A DNA stretch of 64,000 nucleotides from an uncultured Bacteroidia bacterium (GTDB lineage Bacteria; Bacteroidota; Bacteroidia; Bacteroidales; UBA932), in the NCBI GenBank assembly GCA_902768665.1, contig CACXMA010000009.1, positions 11,879-75,878 of the forward strand, in the 5' to 3' direction. This document shows positions 9,341-18,267 of the stretch, in pieces. Each line of letters opens with the position of its first letter. The stretch's first letter is position 1. The notes beneath the pieces were generated by a model that searched no databases, was not told the origin of the DNA, and worked only from the letters and a program-made list of their open reading frames with translations. The position numbers and the translations under genes are program-made.

Positions 9341-10997
9341 ATTCCGGTTTATAACTGTCCTTCAGCGCCGTCGTCTTGTTGAAAATCACGTGGTCGTCCG
9401 TGCTGTCCTTGTCCTTGACGTAGTAGCCGGTGCGCTCGAACTGAACGGCGATGCCGGACTGGTCTTCGATAAGGGCCGGCTCGGCGTAACCCTTGCCGAG
9501 AACGAGCGACTCCGGATTGAGGAAGTCCTTGTAATCCTTGTCCTCAGGCACCTGGGACATGTCCGCGAGGGTGAAGAGACGGTCGTAGTTGCGCAGCTCG
9601 ATCTCCTTTGCATGGGCCTGGCTGACCCAGTGGATCGTACCCTTGACGGGACGGTATTCGGTCGACGGGTCATAGGTGCACTTCAGCTCGACGACATTGC
9701 CTTCCGCATCCTTGACGACCTCGTTGCACTTGACGATGTAGGTGTATTTCAGGCGCACCTCGCCGTCCGGCTTGAGGCGGAAGAACTTCTTCGGGGCGTC
9801 TTCCATGAAGTCGGCGCGGTCGATGAGCAGGTCGCCCGTGAAGGGGACCTTGCGGGTCGCGCCTTCCGGCTCGGCGGGATTGAGCGGACAGTCGAACCAC
9901 TCCACCTTGCCTTCCGGCCAGTTGGTGATGGTGAGCTTGACGGGGTCCTGGACCACCATGTAGCGGTTCGCGCGCTCGTTGAGGTCCTGGCGGACGCACC
10001 ACTCGAGCAGCTGGATATCCATCAGCTGGTCGCGCTTGCTGACGCCGATCTTCTCGCAGAACATGCGGAGGGCCTTGGCGGTATAGCCGCGGCGGCGCAC
10101 ACCGCAGAGCGTCGGCATGCGGGGATCGTCCCAGCCGCTGACAAGGCCCTTCTGCACCAGCTCGAGGAGCTTGCGCTTGGACATGAGGGTATAGGTGAGA
10201 TTCAGCCGGGCGAACTCGTACTGGTGGCTCGGGAAGATGCCGAGCGTCTCGATGAACCAGTCGTAGAGCGGACGGTGGACGTCGAACTCGAGCGTGCAGA
10301 TGGAGTGGGTGATGTGCTCGATGGAGTCGCACTGGCCGTGGGTGTAGTCGTACATCGGATAGATGCACCATTTGTCGCCCGTGCGGTGGTGGGTCGCATA
10401 TTTGATGCGATAGAGCAGCGGGTCGCGGAACATCATGTTCGGGTGCGCCATGTCGATCTTGGCGCGGAGGACCTTCTCCCCTTCCGCGTATTTGCCAGCC
10501 TTCATCTCCCGGAACAGACGGAGGTTCTCCTCGACGCTGCGGTCGCGCCAGGGACTCGGCGTACCGGGCTTGTCGACGGTGCCGCGGCCGAGGCGGATCT
10601 CCTCCTGCGTCTGGTCGTCGACATAGGCGAGGCCGCGCTTGATGAGGTCCTCGGCCCACTCGTAGAGCTGGTCGAAGTAGTCGGAGGCATAGAGTTCCTT
10701 GTCCCACTGGAAGCCCAGCCACTTGATATCCTCCTTGATGGAGTCGACATACTCGGTGTCCTCCTTTGTCGGGTTCGTATCGTCGTAGCGGAGGTTCGTC
10801 TTGCCGCCGTACTTCTCAGCGAGGCCGAAATTGAGGCAGATGCTCTTGGCGTGGCCAAGGTGCAGATAGCCGTTCGGCTCCGGCGGGAAACGGGTCATGA
10901 TGGACTTGACCTTTCCCTCCGCGAGGTCCTTCTCGATGATTTCTTCAATGAAATTGAGCCTGCGCGGCTCCTCCGCGAGCGTTTTATTCTCTTCCAT
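9339..10997 (-). CDS. glnS: Glutamine--tRNA ligase
   Basis: TRFPPEPNGYLHLGHAKS (HIGH), MSKRKL (KMSKS-like), WDDPRMPT. Confidence 0.97.
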   Translation of the reverse strand: MEENKTLAEEPRRLNFIEEIIEKDLAEGKVKSIMTRFPPEPNGYLHLGHAKSICLNFGLAEKYGGKTNLRYDDTNPTKEDTEYVDSIKEDIKWLGFQWDKELYASDYFDQLYEWAEDLIKRGLAYVDDQTQEEIRLGRGTVDKPGTPSPWRDRSVEENLRLFREMKAGKYAEGEKVLRAKIDMAHPNMMFRDPLLYRIKYATHHRTGDKWCIYPMYDYTHGQCDSIEHITHSICTLEFDVHRPLYDWFIETLGIFPSHQYEFARLNLTYTLMSKRKLLELVQKGLVSGWDDPRMPTLCGVRRRGYTAKALRMFCEKIGVSKRDQLMDIQLLEWCVRQDLNERANRYMVVQDPVKLTITNWPEGKVEWFDCPLNPAEPEGATRKVPFTGDLLIDRADFMEDAPKKFFRLKPDGEVRLKYTYIVKCNEVVKDAEGNVVELKCTYDPSTEYRPVKGTIHWVSQAHAKEIELRNYDRLFTLADMSQVPEDKDYKDFLNPESLVLGKGYAEPALIEDQSGIAVQFERTGYYVKDKDSTDDHVIFNKTTALKDSYKPE

Positions 10998-11079
10998 AGC
11001 AGTTTTTCGTTCAATCCTTCAAAGTTACGAATTTTTAGCAAGTAGACAATACATTTTTCACCACACCCCGCTCTGTCCT

Positions 11080-11203
11080 CAAAAACAGGCCTTTTCGTGG
11101 ACAGCCCCCGCAAAAACACCAACCCATCCACAAAAACGAGCCTTTTCGTGGACAGCCCCCGCAAAAACACCAACCCATCCACAAAAACGAGCCTTTTCGT
11201 GGA
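11080..11203. repeat. 51-bp tandem repeat (~2.4 copies) with internal palindrome
   Basis: CTTTTCGTGG at 11091, 11142 and 11193; unit contains TCCACAAAAA..TTTTCGTGGA. Confidence 0.85.
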
Positions 11204-11250
11204 TGGATTGAAGAATTGACACTCCGGGCTGTCTGCCGGAGCCGGAAAGA

Positions 11251-11793
11251 CTACTCTCCCGACTGAAGAATCTGATCAATCTTAATCAGTTCATCCATGG
11301 TTTTACCCACTCTCTCCATAAGGATAACGCCAACAGCCATACACACAAGGTACGTGCAAGGGCCGATATAGTTGATCTTATAGGAAGTAGTTAGCATGTC
11401 GAAGACTGTATCCGTCCCCTCATACTCCGCGGCCAATTCGGGCCCTTTGATGAACCATATTCCAGCAAAAATTAGAATCGCCCCGAGCGCCACAGCTGCT
11501 GGTCCGGTGAATCGGGGGCTGTATTTGAAACTATCCGCACCATCAAAAAAGGTATATTGGATAAAACCATAGACTGCCGCTGCCAAGGCAAATCCAGCGG
11601 CCCACCAATTGATGGTCTCAACATATCCCATTTCGGTATTGCCTCTTGGAACAGCGGTGAAAATAGGAAGAATTAAAATGAGGACCGCAGCAGCCACATA
11701 AGCCCCACAGGCAATCTTTACCTTATTCTCAATCTGTTTTACGTATTCGTGCTGTCTGGAATAAAGATAATCCTTGGTATCATTAGAATTCAT
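11251..11793 (-). CDS. Hypothetical membrane protein (AT-richer than flanks)
   Basis: ~180-aa ORF with about 4 hydrophobic segments; TAAATTTG -7 box upstream on the minus strand. Confidence 0.65.
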   Translation of the reverse strand: MNSNDTKDYLYSRQHEYVKQIENKVKIACGAYVAAAVLILILPIFTAVPRGNTEMGYVETINWWAAGFALAAAVYGFIQYTFFDGADSFKYSPRFTGPAAVALGAILIFAGIWFIKGPELAAEYEGTDTVFDMLTTSYKINYIGPCTYLVCMAVGVILMERVGKTMDELIKIDQILQSGE

Positions 11794-11910
11794 AAGCACA
11801 ATTCGTTTAGCTTGTTTAATGCAAATTTAGCATTATATATTTAGATTTACAAGGTTACCGTTTCACTGCTTTTTTTGTATCTTTGCCCTGCAAAAACATC
11901 AAACGAGACC

Positions 11911-12783
11911 ATGATTCGTTCCATGACAGGCTACGGCAAGGCCGAAGCCCAGCTCGAAAACGGCAAGCTGACCGTCGAAATCCGCTCCCTCAACGCAAAG
12001 AGCGCTGACATCAATATCAAATCCACCCTCCTCCCCAAGGACAAGGACCTCATCGTCCGCCGCAAGCTGGCTGAGCGGCTGCAGCGCGGCACCATCGATG
12101 TCTTCTTCACCTTCGAAGCCAGTGCCGATGGCAGCGCACGGCAGATTCCACTCGCCCTCGTGAAGAACTATCTCGCGCAGCTACAAGGCGTTTCCGAGCA
12201 CAAGGGCGAGGCCATCGACGCTGCCATTCTCGGCGCCGTCCTCCGCTTCCCGGACGTAACGGACACGAAGAAGGCGGACATCATCACCGACGCGAACTGG
12301 CCGGTCGTAGAGAAAGCCATCGACGCGGCACTCGACGCCATCGAGAACTACCGCCTGACGGAAGGCGCCGCCCTCGAAAAAGACGTCACCGGGCGCGTGA
12401 ACCTTATCCTGAGCCTTTATGACGAGGTCGAGAGCCTTGAGGGCGAACGGATTGAGGCCGTCCGCGGCAAACTCCTCAAATCGCTCGAGGAACTGCAGCT
12501 TAAACCCAACCCCGAGCGCTTCGAGCAGGAGCTGATCTACTATCTCGAGAAGTACGACATCAACGAGGAGAAGGTCCGTCTCCGCCAGCACTGCAAGTAC
12601 TTCATGGAGACGCTCGCCGGCGAGCCCTATCCCGGCAAGAAGCTCGGCTTCATCATCCAGGAAATGGGCCGCGAGATCAACACCACCGGCTCCAAGGCCA
12701 ACCACGCCGGCATCCAGCAGCTCGTCGTCCGCATGAAAGACGAGCTCGAGAAGATCCGCGAGCAATCAATGAACATTCTGTAA
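11911..12783 (+). CDS. yicC: YicC/YloC family endoribonuclease
   Basis: MIRSMTGYG start; GKKLGFIIQEMGREINTTGSKA..ELEKIREQ C-terminus. Confidence 0.92.
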   Translation: MIRSMTGYGKAEAQLENGKLTVEIRSLNAKSADINIKSTLLPKDKDLIVRRKLAERLQRGTIDVFFTFEASADGSARQIPLALVKNYLAQLQGVSEHKGEAIDAAILGAVLRFPDVTDTKKADIITDANWPVVEKAIDAALDAIENYRLTEGAALEKDVTGRVNLILSLYDEVESLEGERIEAVRGKLLKSLEELQLKPNPERFEQELIYYLEKYDINEEKVRLRQHCKYFMETLAGEPYPGKKLGFIIQEMGREINTTGSKANHAGIQQLVVRMKDELEKIREQSMNIL

Positions 12784-12790
12784 GCTTCTC

Positions 12791-13201
12791 CTACAGCACT
12801 AAATATAGCCGTTCGGCGATGGCCCGTATTCCTGCTGTAATGCGCGCCTGCATGGCCGGGCGTGGATGACGCTGTCCATTTGCATAATGGCTGAGTTGTT
12901 GCTCGGCGATACCGGTTTCCCGGGCCAGTGCTTTTCTCGAGATATAGTTATCGGTATATTTGAGTTGCGCGCGTGTAGTCAGGACAAACTCCGGCGTCCA
13001 TTCTCCAGAGAATTCCATGGGTACTTCTTCCCCATCTTCCATCATCCCTTCGATATGGAAATGAAGGGCATCGACAATATTCGCCCGCACCTGCTCCAGC
13101 GTATCTCCCGTGGCGACACAAGCAATTGCATCATTCAAGGGCGCAGCCGAATAGTTGTTCGGCACCCAGTCTACCTTGATTATTACTGTTCCCTTTTTCA
13201 T
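12791..13201 (-). CDS. hicB: HicB-family antitoxin with C-terminal HTH
   Basis: CVATGDTLEQVRANIVDALHFHIEGM..GEEVP; HTH LARETGIAEQQLSHYANG; ATGA overlap with hicA. Confidence 0.85.
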   Translation of the reverse strand: MKKGTVIIKVDWVPNNYSAAPLNDAIACVATGDTLEQVRANIVDALHFHIEGMMEDGEEVPMEFSGEWTPEFVLTTRAQLKYTDNYISRKALARETGIAEQQLSHYANGQRHPRPAMQARITAGIRAIAERLYLVL

Positions 13202-13404
13202 TCTCCTGTCGTTTTCCAACCTGCCTGTTTCCAAATACTGTTAAGAATCTCCTGGTCGATGGTTTTACTTCCTTTCCCGCTGACGGTAACCTTTCCCGGC
13301 TTGACGCCATGCTTGAACTGCCGATGATCTCCACGTGTGCGGTGCAATACCCAGCCATCGTCTTCCAACATTCTGATAACCTGACGAACTTTGTATCGTT
13401 TCAT
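13198..13404 (-). CDS. hicA: HicA-family mRNA interferase toxin
   Basis: LEDDGWVLHRTRGDHRQFKH..GKVTV..SIWKQAG. Confidence 0.9.
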   Translation of the reverse strand: MKRYKVRQVIRMLEDDGWVLHRTRGDHRQFKHGVKPGKVTVSGKGSKTIDQEILNSIWKQAGWKTTGE

Positions 13405-13628
13405 ATTGTTCGACCTCCGCAAAGATATATAAAAATATATCAATTTGCAAATCATACAATAGGACATAAATCAGTCCGGCCCTCCACCGTGGAAAGCCGG
13501 ACGCAATGATATATATATTTTTCGAGAAATCCGGTAAAGAAAAGTTTCCGGAACGTCAGTTTTTTATCTTTCTTATCTCTTTTGACTGTTTCTTAAAGAA
13601 AACGAAGGGAAAAGATGGGCCAGATATA

Positions 13629-14981
13629 TCAATTCTTCTGCCGGAACCAGTTCCAGAGGTCCTTGAACGTGGACTTCTTGCCGAACATCAGGATACCCAC
13701 CTTGTAGATCTTGGCGGAGAACCAGGCCATCAGGACAAAGGTCCCGATGAGGATGGCCAGCGACAGGGCGATCTGCCAGAAGGGCGGGTCGAACGGGATG
13801 CGGGAGAGCATCACGATCGGTGAGGTGAACGGGATCATGGAGCCCCAGAAGACCACGCCGCTGTCGGGCGCCTTCATCGTGTAGATGGAGATGAAGAAGC
13901 CGATCATCAGGGGGATGGTGATGGGCATCTGGAGCTGCTGGGTGTCCGCCTCCGACTCGACGGCCGAACCGATCGCCGCATAGAGCGAGGCGTAGAGCAG
14001 ATAGCCGAAGACAAAGAAGAGGAGGAAGGCGACCAGCAGACTGCCATAGTTCAGCGTGCCGAGGGTCGAGAAGATGACGGCGATGCCGGACATATCCCCT
14101 GTCATACCCGTCGGATCGGCCGTGGCCATGCCGAAGAGCGAATCGAAGCCGACGACGGCGCCGATGGCGGCGAGGATGCCGACGGTCAGCAGCACCCACA
14201 GCAGGAACTGGGTCATGGCGACAAGGGCGACGCCGATGATCTTTCCGAACATCAGCTCGGTAGCCTTCACCGAGGAAATCAGCACCTCAACGACACGGCT
14301 CGACTTCTCCTCGATGACGCTGGACATGACCATGCCGCAGAACATCATGATGAACAGGTAGAGCGCCATGCCGAGGATCATCGACAGGATCGAGAGCACG
14401 CCGGACTCGGAAACGGCGATCGACCCGTCTTCGCTGACTTTCATCGAGATGAGGTTGATGTTGCTCCGGACATCCGCCATCGCGGCGGTCAGGTTCACGC
14501 CTGTTTCACGCTCGTAATTGGCGATCCGGTGGTTCTCGACGGCCTGGTTGAGGTCATTCTGGATCAGCGAGGACGTCTCCATGCCGAGGTCCTTGTAGGA
14601 ATAAGCCGTGGCGATCAGCTGGGTCGCCAGCGAGTCAACCGGAAGAAGGGCGACGATGGCATCCGCCCCGCACTGGTCGAAGAGCGCGTTGAGCTTGCCG
14701 CTGTCCGGCTTGAGTTCCGGGGACATGCCGAGATCCGCACCCGCCAGCGAGATATACTTGACGGTCTGATGGTCCACCAGGCTGTCGGCGACAAAACCGG
14801 TGTAATCCACGACGCCGACTTTCTTGGTCTCCTCCTTGGCGCCGGCCATGATCAGGGACGGCAGGAGGCAGACGCCGGCGAAAAGGACCGGTGCCAGGAA
14901 GGTGATGATGAGGAAGCTTTTCTTCTTGACCTTGTTGAGGTACTCCCTTGCAATGATGATCTTGAGTTTCGAGAAATCCAT
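13629..14981 (-). CDS. ABC-2 transporter permease (NatB/YhaP-like)
   Basis: IIAREY..VKKK, VIEEKSSRVVEVLISSV, MFGKIIG, PFTSPIVM. Confidence 0.9.
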   Translation of the reverse strand: MDFSKLKIIIAREYLNKVKKKSFLIITFLAPVLFAGVCLLPSLIMAGAKEETKKVGVVDYTGFVADSLVDHQTVKYISLAGADLGMSPELKPDSGKLNALFDQCGADAIVALLPVDSLATQLIATAYSYKDLGMETSSLIQNDLNQAVENHRIANYERETGVNLTAAMADVRSNINLISMKVSEDGSIAVSESGVLSILSMILGMALYLFIMMFCGMVMSSVIEEKSSRVVEVLISSVKATELMFGKIIGVALVAMTQFLLWVLLTVGILAAIGAVVGFDSLFGMATADPTGMTGDMSGIAVIFSTLGTLNYGSLLVAFLLFFVFGYLLYASLYAAIGSAVESEADTQQLQMPITIPLMIGFFISIYTMKAPDSGVVFWGSMIPFTSPIVMLSRIPFDPPFWQIALSLAILIGTFVLMAWFSAKIYKVGILMFGKKSTFKDLWNWFRQKN

Positions 14982-14982
14982 A

Positions 14983-15837
14983 CTACACGCCCTCCGTAAC
15001 CAGTTTGATAAAAATGTCGTTCATGCGGGGAATCACTTCCTTGAAGCCATGGAAGGTGACGCCCTCGGAAATCAGCTCGCTGAGCTTCGCGTTGACCTCG
15101 GGACGGGCCACCACCAGCGTCCTGGGCTGGAGGGAGGCGTCCGAATAGGAGATCTCGACGTTGTCCTCGCCGTAGCGGCGGCGGATCTCATCGACCCCGC
15201 CGGTAATGACGAGGTGGGACTTGTTGATCAGGGCGATCTCGTCGCAGAGTTCCTCGACGGACTCCATATTGTGTGTCGAGAGGATGATGGTCGCGCCCTC
15301 GGCCTTCAGCCGGAGAATCTCCTGGCGGATCAGCTCGGCGTTGACCGGGTCGAAGCCGGAGAAGGGCTCGTCGAGAATCATCAGCGAGGGCTTGTGGACC
15401 ACGGTGGTGATGAACTGGAACTTCTGGGCCATGCCCTTGGAAAGCTCCTCCACCTTCTTGTTCCACCAGTCCTGGGCGCCGAAACGCTCGAACCAGGCCT
15501 TCAGCTCGCGAAGGGCGTCGTTGCGTTTCATGCCCTTGAGCTGGGCAAGGTACATCGCCTGGTCGCCGACCTTCATCTTGCGGTAGAGGCCGCGCTCCTC
15601 GGGCAGGTAGCCGATGCGGGCGACATCCTCGTCGGTGATGGGGCGCCCCTGGAAAAAGACCGAGCCGGCGGTCGGGATGGTGATGCGGTTGATGATGCGG
15701 ATCAGGGTCGTCTTGCCGGCGCCGTTCGGGCCCAGCAGACCGAAAATCTTGCCCTCGGGGATCTCCAGGCTCACCTTGTCGAGCGCAACCTTCTCCCCGA
15801 AGGACTTGCTTACATTGTTGATTTGAATAATAGCCAT
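14983..15837 (-). CDS. ABC transporter ATP-binding protein
   Basis: GPNGAGKTT, LSKGM, ILDEPFSG, STH. Confidence 0.93.
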   Translation of the reverse strand: MAIIQINNVSKSFGEKVALDKVSLEIPEGKIFGLLGPNGAGKTTLIRIINRITIPTAGSVFFQGRPITDEDVARIGYLPEERGLYRKMKVGDQAMYLAQLKGMKRNDALRELKAWFERFGAQDWWNKKVEELSKGMAQKFQFITTVVHKPSLMILDEPFSGFDPVNAELIRQEILRLKAEGATIILSTHNMESVEELCDEIALINKSHLVITGGVDEIRRRYGEDNVEISYSDASLQPRTLVVARPEVNAKLSELISEGVTFHGFKEVIPRMNDIFIKLVTEGV

Positions 15838-16883
15838 CAGCTGCAGAGTATCTTGGCGACCAGTTCAACAAGGAGTTCCTTCGGCGTGGTCTCGGAGGAG
15901 ACGTCGCCGCCCTTGCCTTTGTAGTCGTAGTCATTCAAAAGGGATATCACGTTCATCGCACGGGGGACGGGATAGTTGCGGACCGCCGTGTCGTATTCGC
16001 GGAAGAAATAGGGATTCACCCCGAGGATACGGGCTTTTTCGGCCGGGTCGGGGCTGGAGCCCTGCTGGAGCAGGGCGCCGTATTTGAGAATGCGGTAAAA
16101 ATGCGTATAGAGCGCGCTCACGGCCATCGGCATGGCGAATTTCGGGGCCTCTGCGACGCGTGCGGCGATGACAAGGGCCTTCCTGGCGTTACGGGCGGAC
16201 AGTTCGCGGGTCAGCTCGAAGATGCTGAAACTGCGGCTGATGCCGACGTTCCGCTCGATGTCCGCGGCAGAGATGTCCTTCGTCCCCTCGGGGAGGTTCT
16301 TCCGCATCTTTTCCGTCTCGATGGCGATCTTGCCGAGGTCGGTGCCGGCCGATTCGGCCAGCAGGGCCGCCGCGTCTGGAGCGATGCTCAGGCCCAGCCC
16401 GGCATAGTAGTCGCCGATCCAGCGCGCTACTTCATAGTCCCGCAGCGCCGGGGAATCCACGACGACGCCCTGTTTCAGGACGCTCTTGTAGAGGGATTTG
16501 CGTTTGTCGGCGGAGGCGCCGTGCATCAGCAGGACGAGCACCGTCGAGTCGAGCGGCTTGTCGCAGTAGATGGAGAGCTGCTCGAGGTCCTTCATGGCCT
16601 GGGCTTCCTTGACGACGACGAGCTGGCGCTCGGCCATCATCGGGAAACGGCGCGCGGCGGTAATGACCGTGTCGGCATTGACATCGGCCCCGTAGCAGAT
16701 GATTTCGTTGAAATCTTTCTCCCAGTCCTGCAGGCAGTTGGCCACAATGGCGTCGCAGACAAGGTCTGGATAGTAAGGCTCCTCCCCCATCAGCAGATAG
16801 ACCGGCTTGAAGACGCCCCCCTTGACGTCTTCGATGATTCCCTTGACCTGCCTGTCCGTCTCTATGTAGCTCTTTGCTGCCAC
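15837..16883 (-). CDS. holA: DNA polymerase III delta subunit
   Basis: FKPVYLLMGEEPY, ARRFPMMAERQLVVVKEAQ; GTG start. Confidence 0.9.
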   Translation of the reverse strand: MAAKSYIETDRQVKGIIEDVKGGVFKPVYLLMGEEPYYPDLVCDAIVANCLQDWEKDFNEIICYGADVNADTVITAARRFPMMAERQLVVVKEAQAMKDLEQLSIYCDKPLDSTVLVLLMHGASADKRKSLYKSVLKQGVVVDSPALRDYEVARWIGDYYAGLGLSIAPDAAALLAESAGTDLGKIAIETEKMRKNLPEGTKDISAADIERNVGISRSFSIFELTRELSARNARKALVIAARVAEAPKFAMPMAVSALYTHFYRILKYGALLQQGSSPDPAEKARILGVNPYFFREYDTAVRNYPVPRAMNVISLLNDYDYKGKGGDVSSETTPKELLVELVAKILCS

Positions 16884-16901
16884 TTCGTATTCCTTCGCTG
16901 C

Positions 16902-17006
16902 GGAAGGTGTTTGTTTTCAAACCGTCGCTTCGCGACCCCTCCCATAAATGGGCCCCTCCCTCTTACACTGCCGAGGGTGGCATGGGTTTGAAAACAAACA
17001 CCTTCC
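16902..17006. repeat. MITE-like/structured element with 22-bp perfect terminal inverted repeats
   Basis: GGAAGGTGTTTGTTTTCAAACC (16902-16923) / GGTTTGAAAACAAACACCTTCC (16985-17006). Confidence 0.8.
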
Positions 17007-17019
17007 TTCGCTTCGGCAC

Positions 17020-17045
17020 AAAAAAGGAGGCCCGTCGGGGCCTCC
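17020..17045 (-). terminator. Intrinsic terminator after hpf
   Basis: Minus strand GGAGGCCC-cgac-GGGCCTCC-TTTTTT. Confidence 0.75.
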
Positions 17046-17057
17046 GCAAAGATACGA

Positions 17058-17351
17058 TTATTTGTCGAATTTCTTTTCCTTGAAACGTACTATTTTCTCC
17101 TTCATTGCATCGGCGGCGTCGGTGACGGCTTCCTCGAAGGTGTTGGCGTTGCGCTCGATGATGAGGTCCTCGCCGGGAAGGTGGGTCTTGATCTGGACGG
17201 CCTTGTTCTCATGCTCGGGGAGCAGGGACAGCGTCACGTCGATGTCACCCATGTTGTCGAAGAATTTCTCGAGCTTCTCAACTTTCTTGTTCACGTACGC
17301 AAGCAACTTCTCGTCTGCGTTGAACTTCAGGGATTTGATGTTAATCGCCAT
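17058..17351 (-). CDS. hpf: Ribosome hibernation factor (RaiA/HPF)
   Basis: MAINIKSLKFNADEKL..KVEKLEKF..TFEEAVTDA; follows the Xer gene. Confidence 0.85.
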   Translation of the reverse strand: MAINIKSLKFNADEKLLAYVNKKVEKLEKFFDNMGDIDVTLSLLPEHENKAVQIKTHLPGEDLIIERNANTFEEAVTDAADAMKEKIVRFKEKKFDK

Positions 17352-18267
17352 GATGTTTTTCTCCATTTTTCGCCCTTGGGTGGGCATGGTTATACACATT
17401 CTTCAGTTTCTCGACGGAGTTGTGGGTGTACACCTGCGTCGCGGCGAGGGAACTGTGGCCGAGCATTTCTTTGATGGCGCTGAGGTCGGCGCCGTCATCG
17501 AGGAGCTCCGTTGCGAGCGTGTGGCGCAGCACGTGCGGCGAGCGCCGTCCGGTGATGCCTTCCACGCCGCCAAGCTCCCGCTTGACGAGCCGGTCCACGA
17601 GCACGGGATAGAGCCTGCCTCCCCGGGCCGTGACGAGAAGGGGCACGTCCCCCTTCCCCGTCGGTTCAACCGATTGTAAATATAGCAAAATTTCTTTACA
17701 AAGCGAAACAACGAGCGGAATTTCGCGGATTTTGTCGCCTTTTCCATGGACACGGAGCGTCCGCCGCTGCGGATCGAAGTCCCGGCGGTTCAGTCCGATG
17801 AGCTCCGCGCGCCGCATTCCCGTGCAGTAGAGCAGGTTGATGACCAGGCGCCCCAGCCGGCGGTCGTAATACTTCGGATCGGCATAGACCTCCGGCTCGT
17901 CGACCAGGCACTGCGTCCCGGCCAGATAGGCCTCCAGGGAGTCTTCTCGGTAGACTTCCGGCAGGCGCCTGCTGAGCTTCGGCCGCGTCACGAGCCGCAC
18001 CGGATTGGCTTTCAGCACGCCGTTTTTCATCAGGAAACGACAGAAGCCGCTGAGCACCGACAGGTGCAGATGGACCGTCCGCGGGGATTCGCCGCGCCGG
18101 AGCAGCTCCACCTCATAGGCCCGGATCTGCTGGACGTTCAGCGCTTCCGCCTCCAGCAGGCCGCCGCAGAAATCCGCATACGACTCCAGCACGGAGCGGT
18201 AGATCTGCTGCGTACGGGGGGAATAGCGCCGCACGGACGCTATATATATAAGGTAACGGTCTATCAT
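17341..18267 (-). CDS. xerC: XerC/D-type tyrosine recombinase
   Basis: RRYSPRT, TGMRRAEL, GKGDK, HVLRHTLAT, LGHSSLAATQVYTH catalytic residues. Confidence 0.85.
   Translation of the reverse strand: MIDRYLIYIASVRRYSPRTQQIYRSVLESYADFCGGLLEAEALNVQQIRAYEVELLRRGESPRTVHLHLSVLSGFCRFLMKNGVLKANPVRLVTRPKLSRRLPEVYREDSLEAYLAGTQCLVDEPEVYADPKYYDRRLGRLVINLLYCTGMRRAELIGLNRRDFDPQRRTLRVHGKGDKIREIPLVVSLCKEILLYLQSVEPTGKGDVPLLVTARGGRLYPVLVDRLVKRELGGVEGITGRRSPHVLRHTLATELLDDGADLSAIKEMLGHSSLAATQVYTHNSVEKLKNVYNHAHPRAKNGEKHHGD

Noticed and set aside
11080-11203. CRISPR array
   Set aside because: Intervening sequences are identical (pure tandem repeat), under three units, and no cas genes
17341-18267. Recombinase as a mobile-element integrase or pilus invertase
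   Set aside because: Lies in a housekeeping run (cca-xer-hpf) and looks like chromosomal XerC/D; nothing links it to the pilus locus
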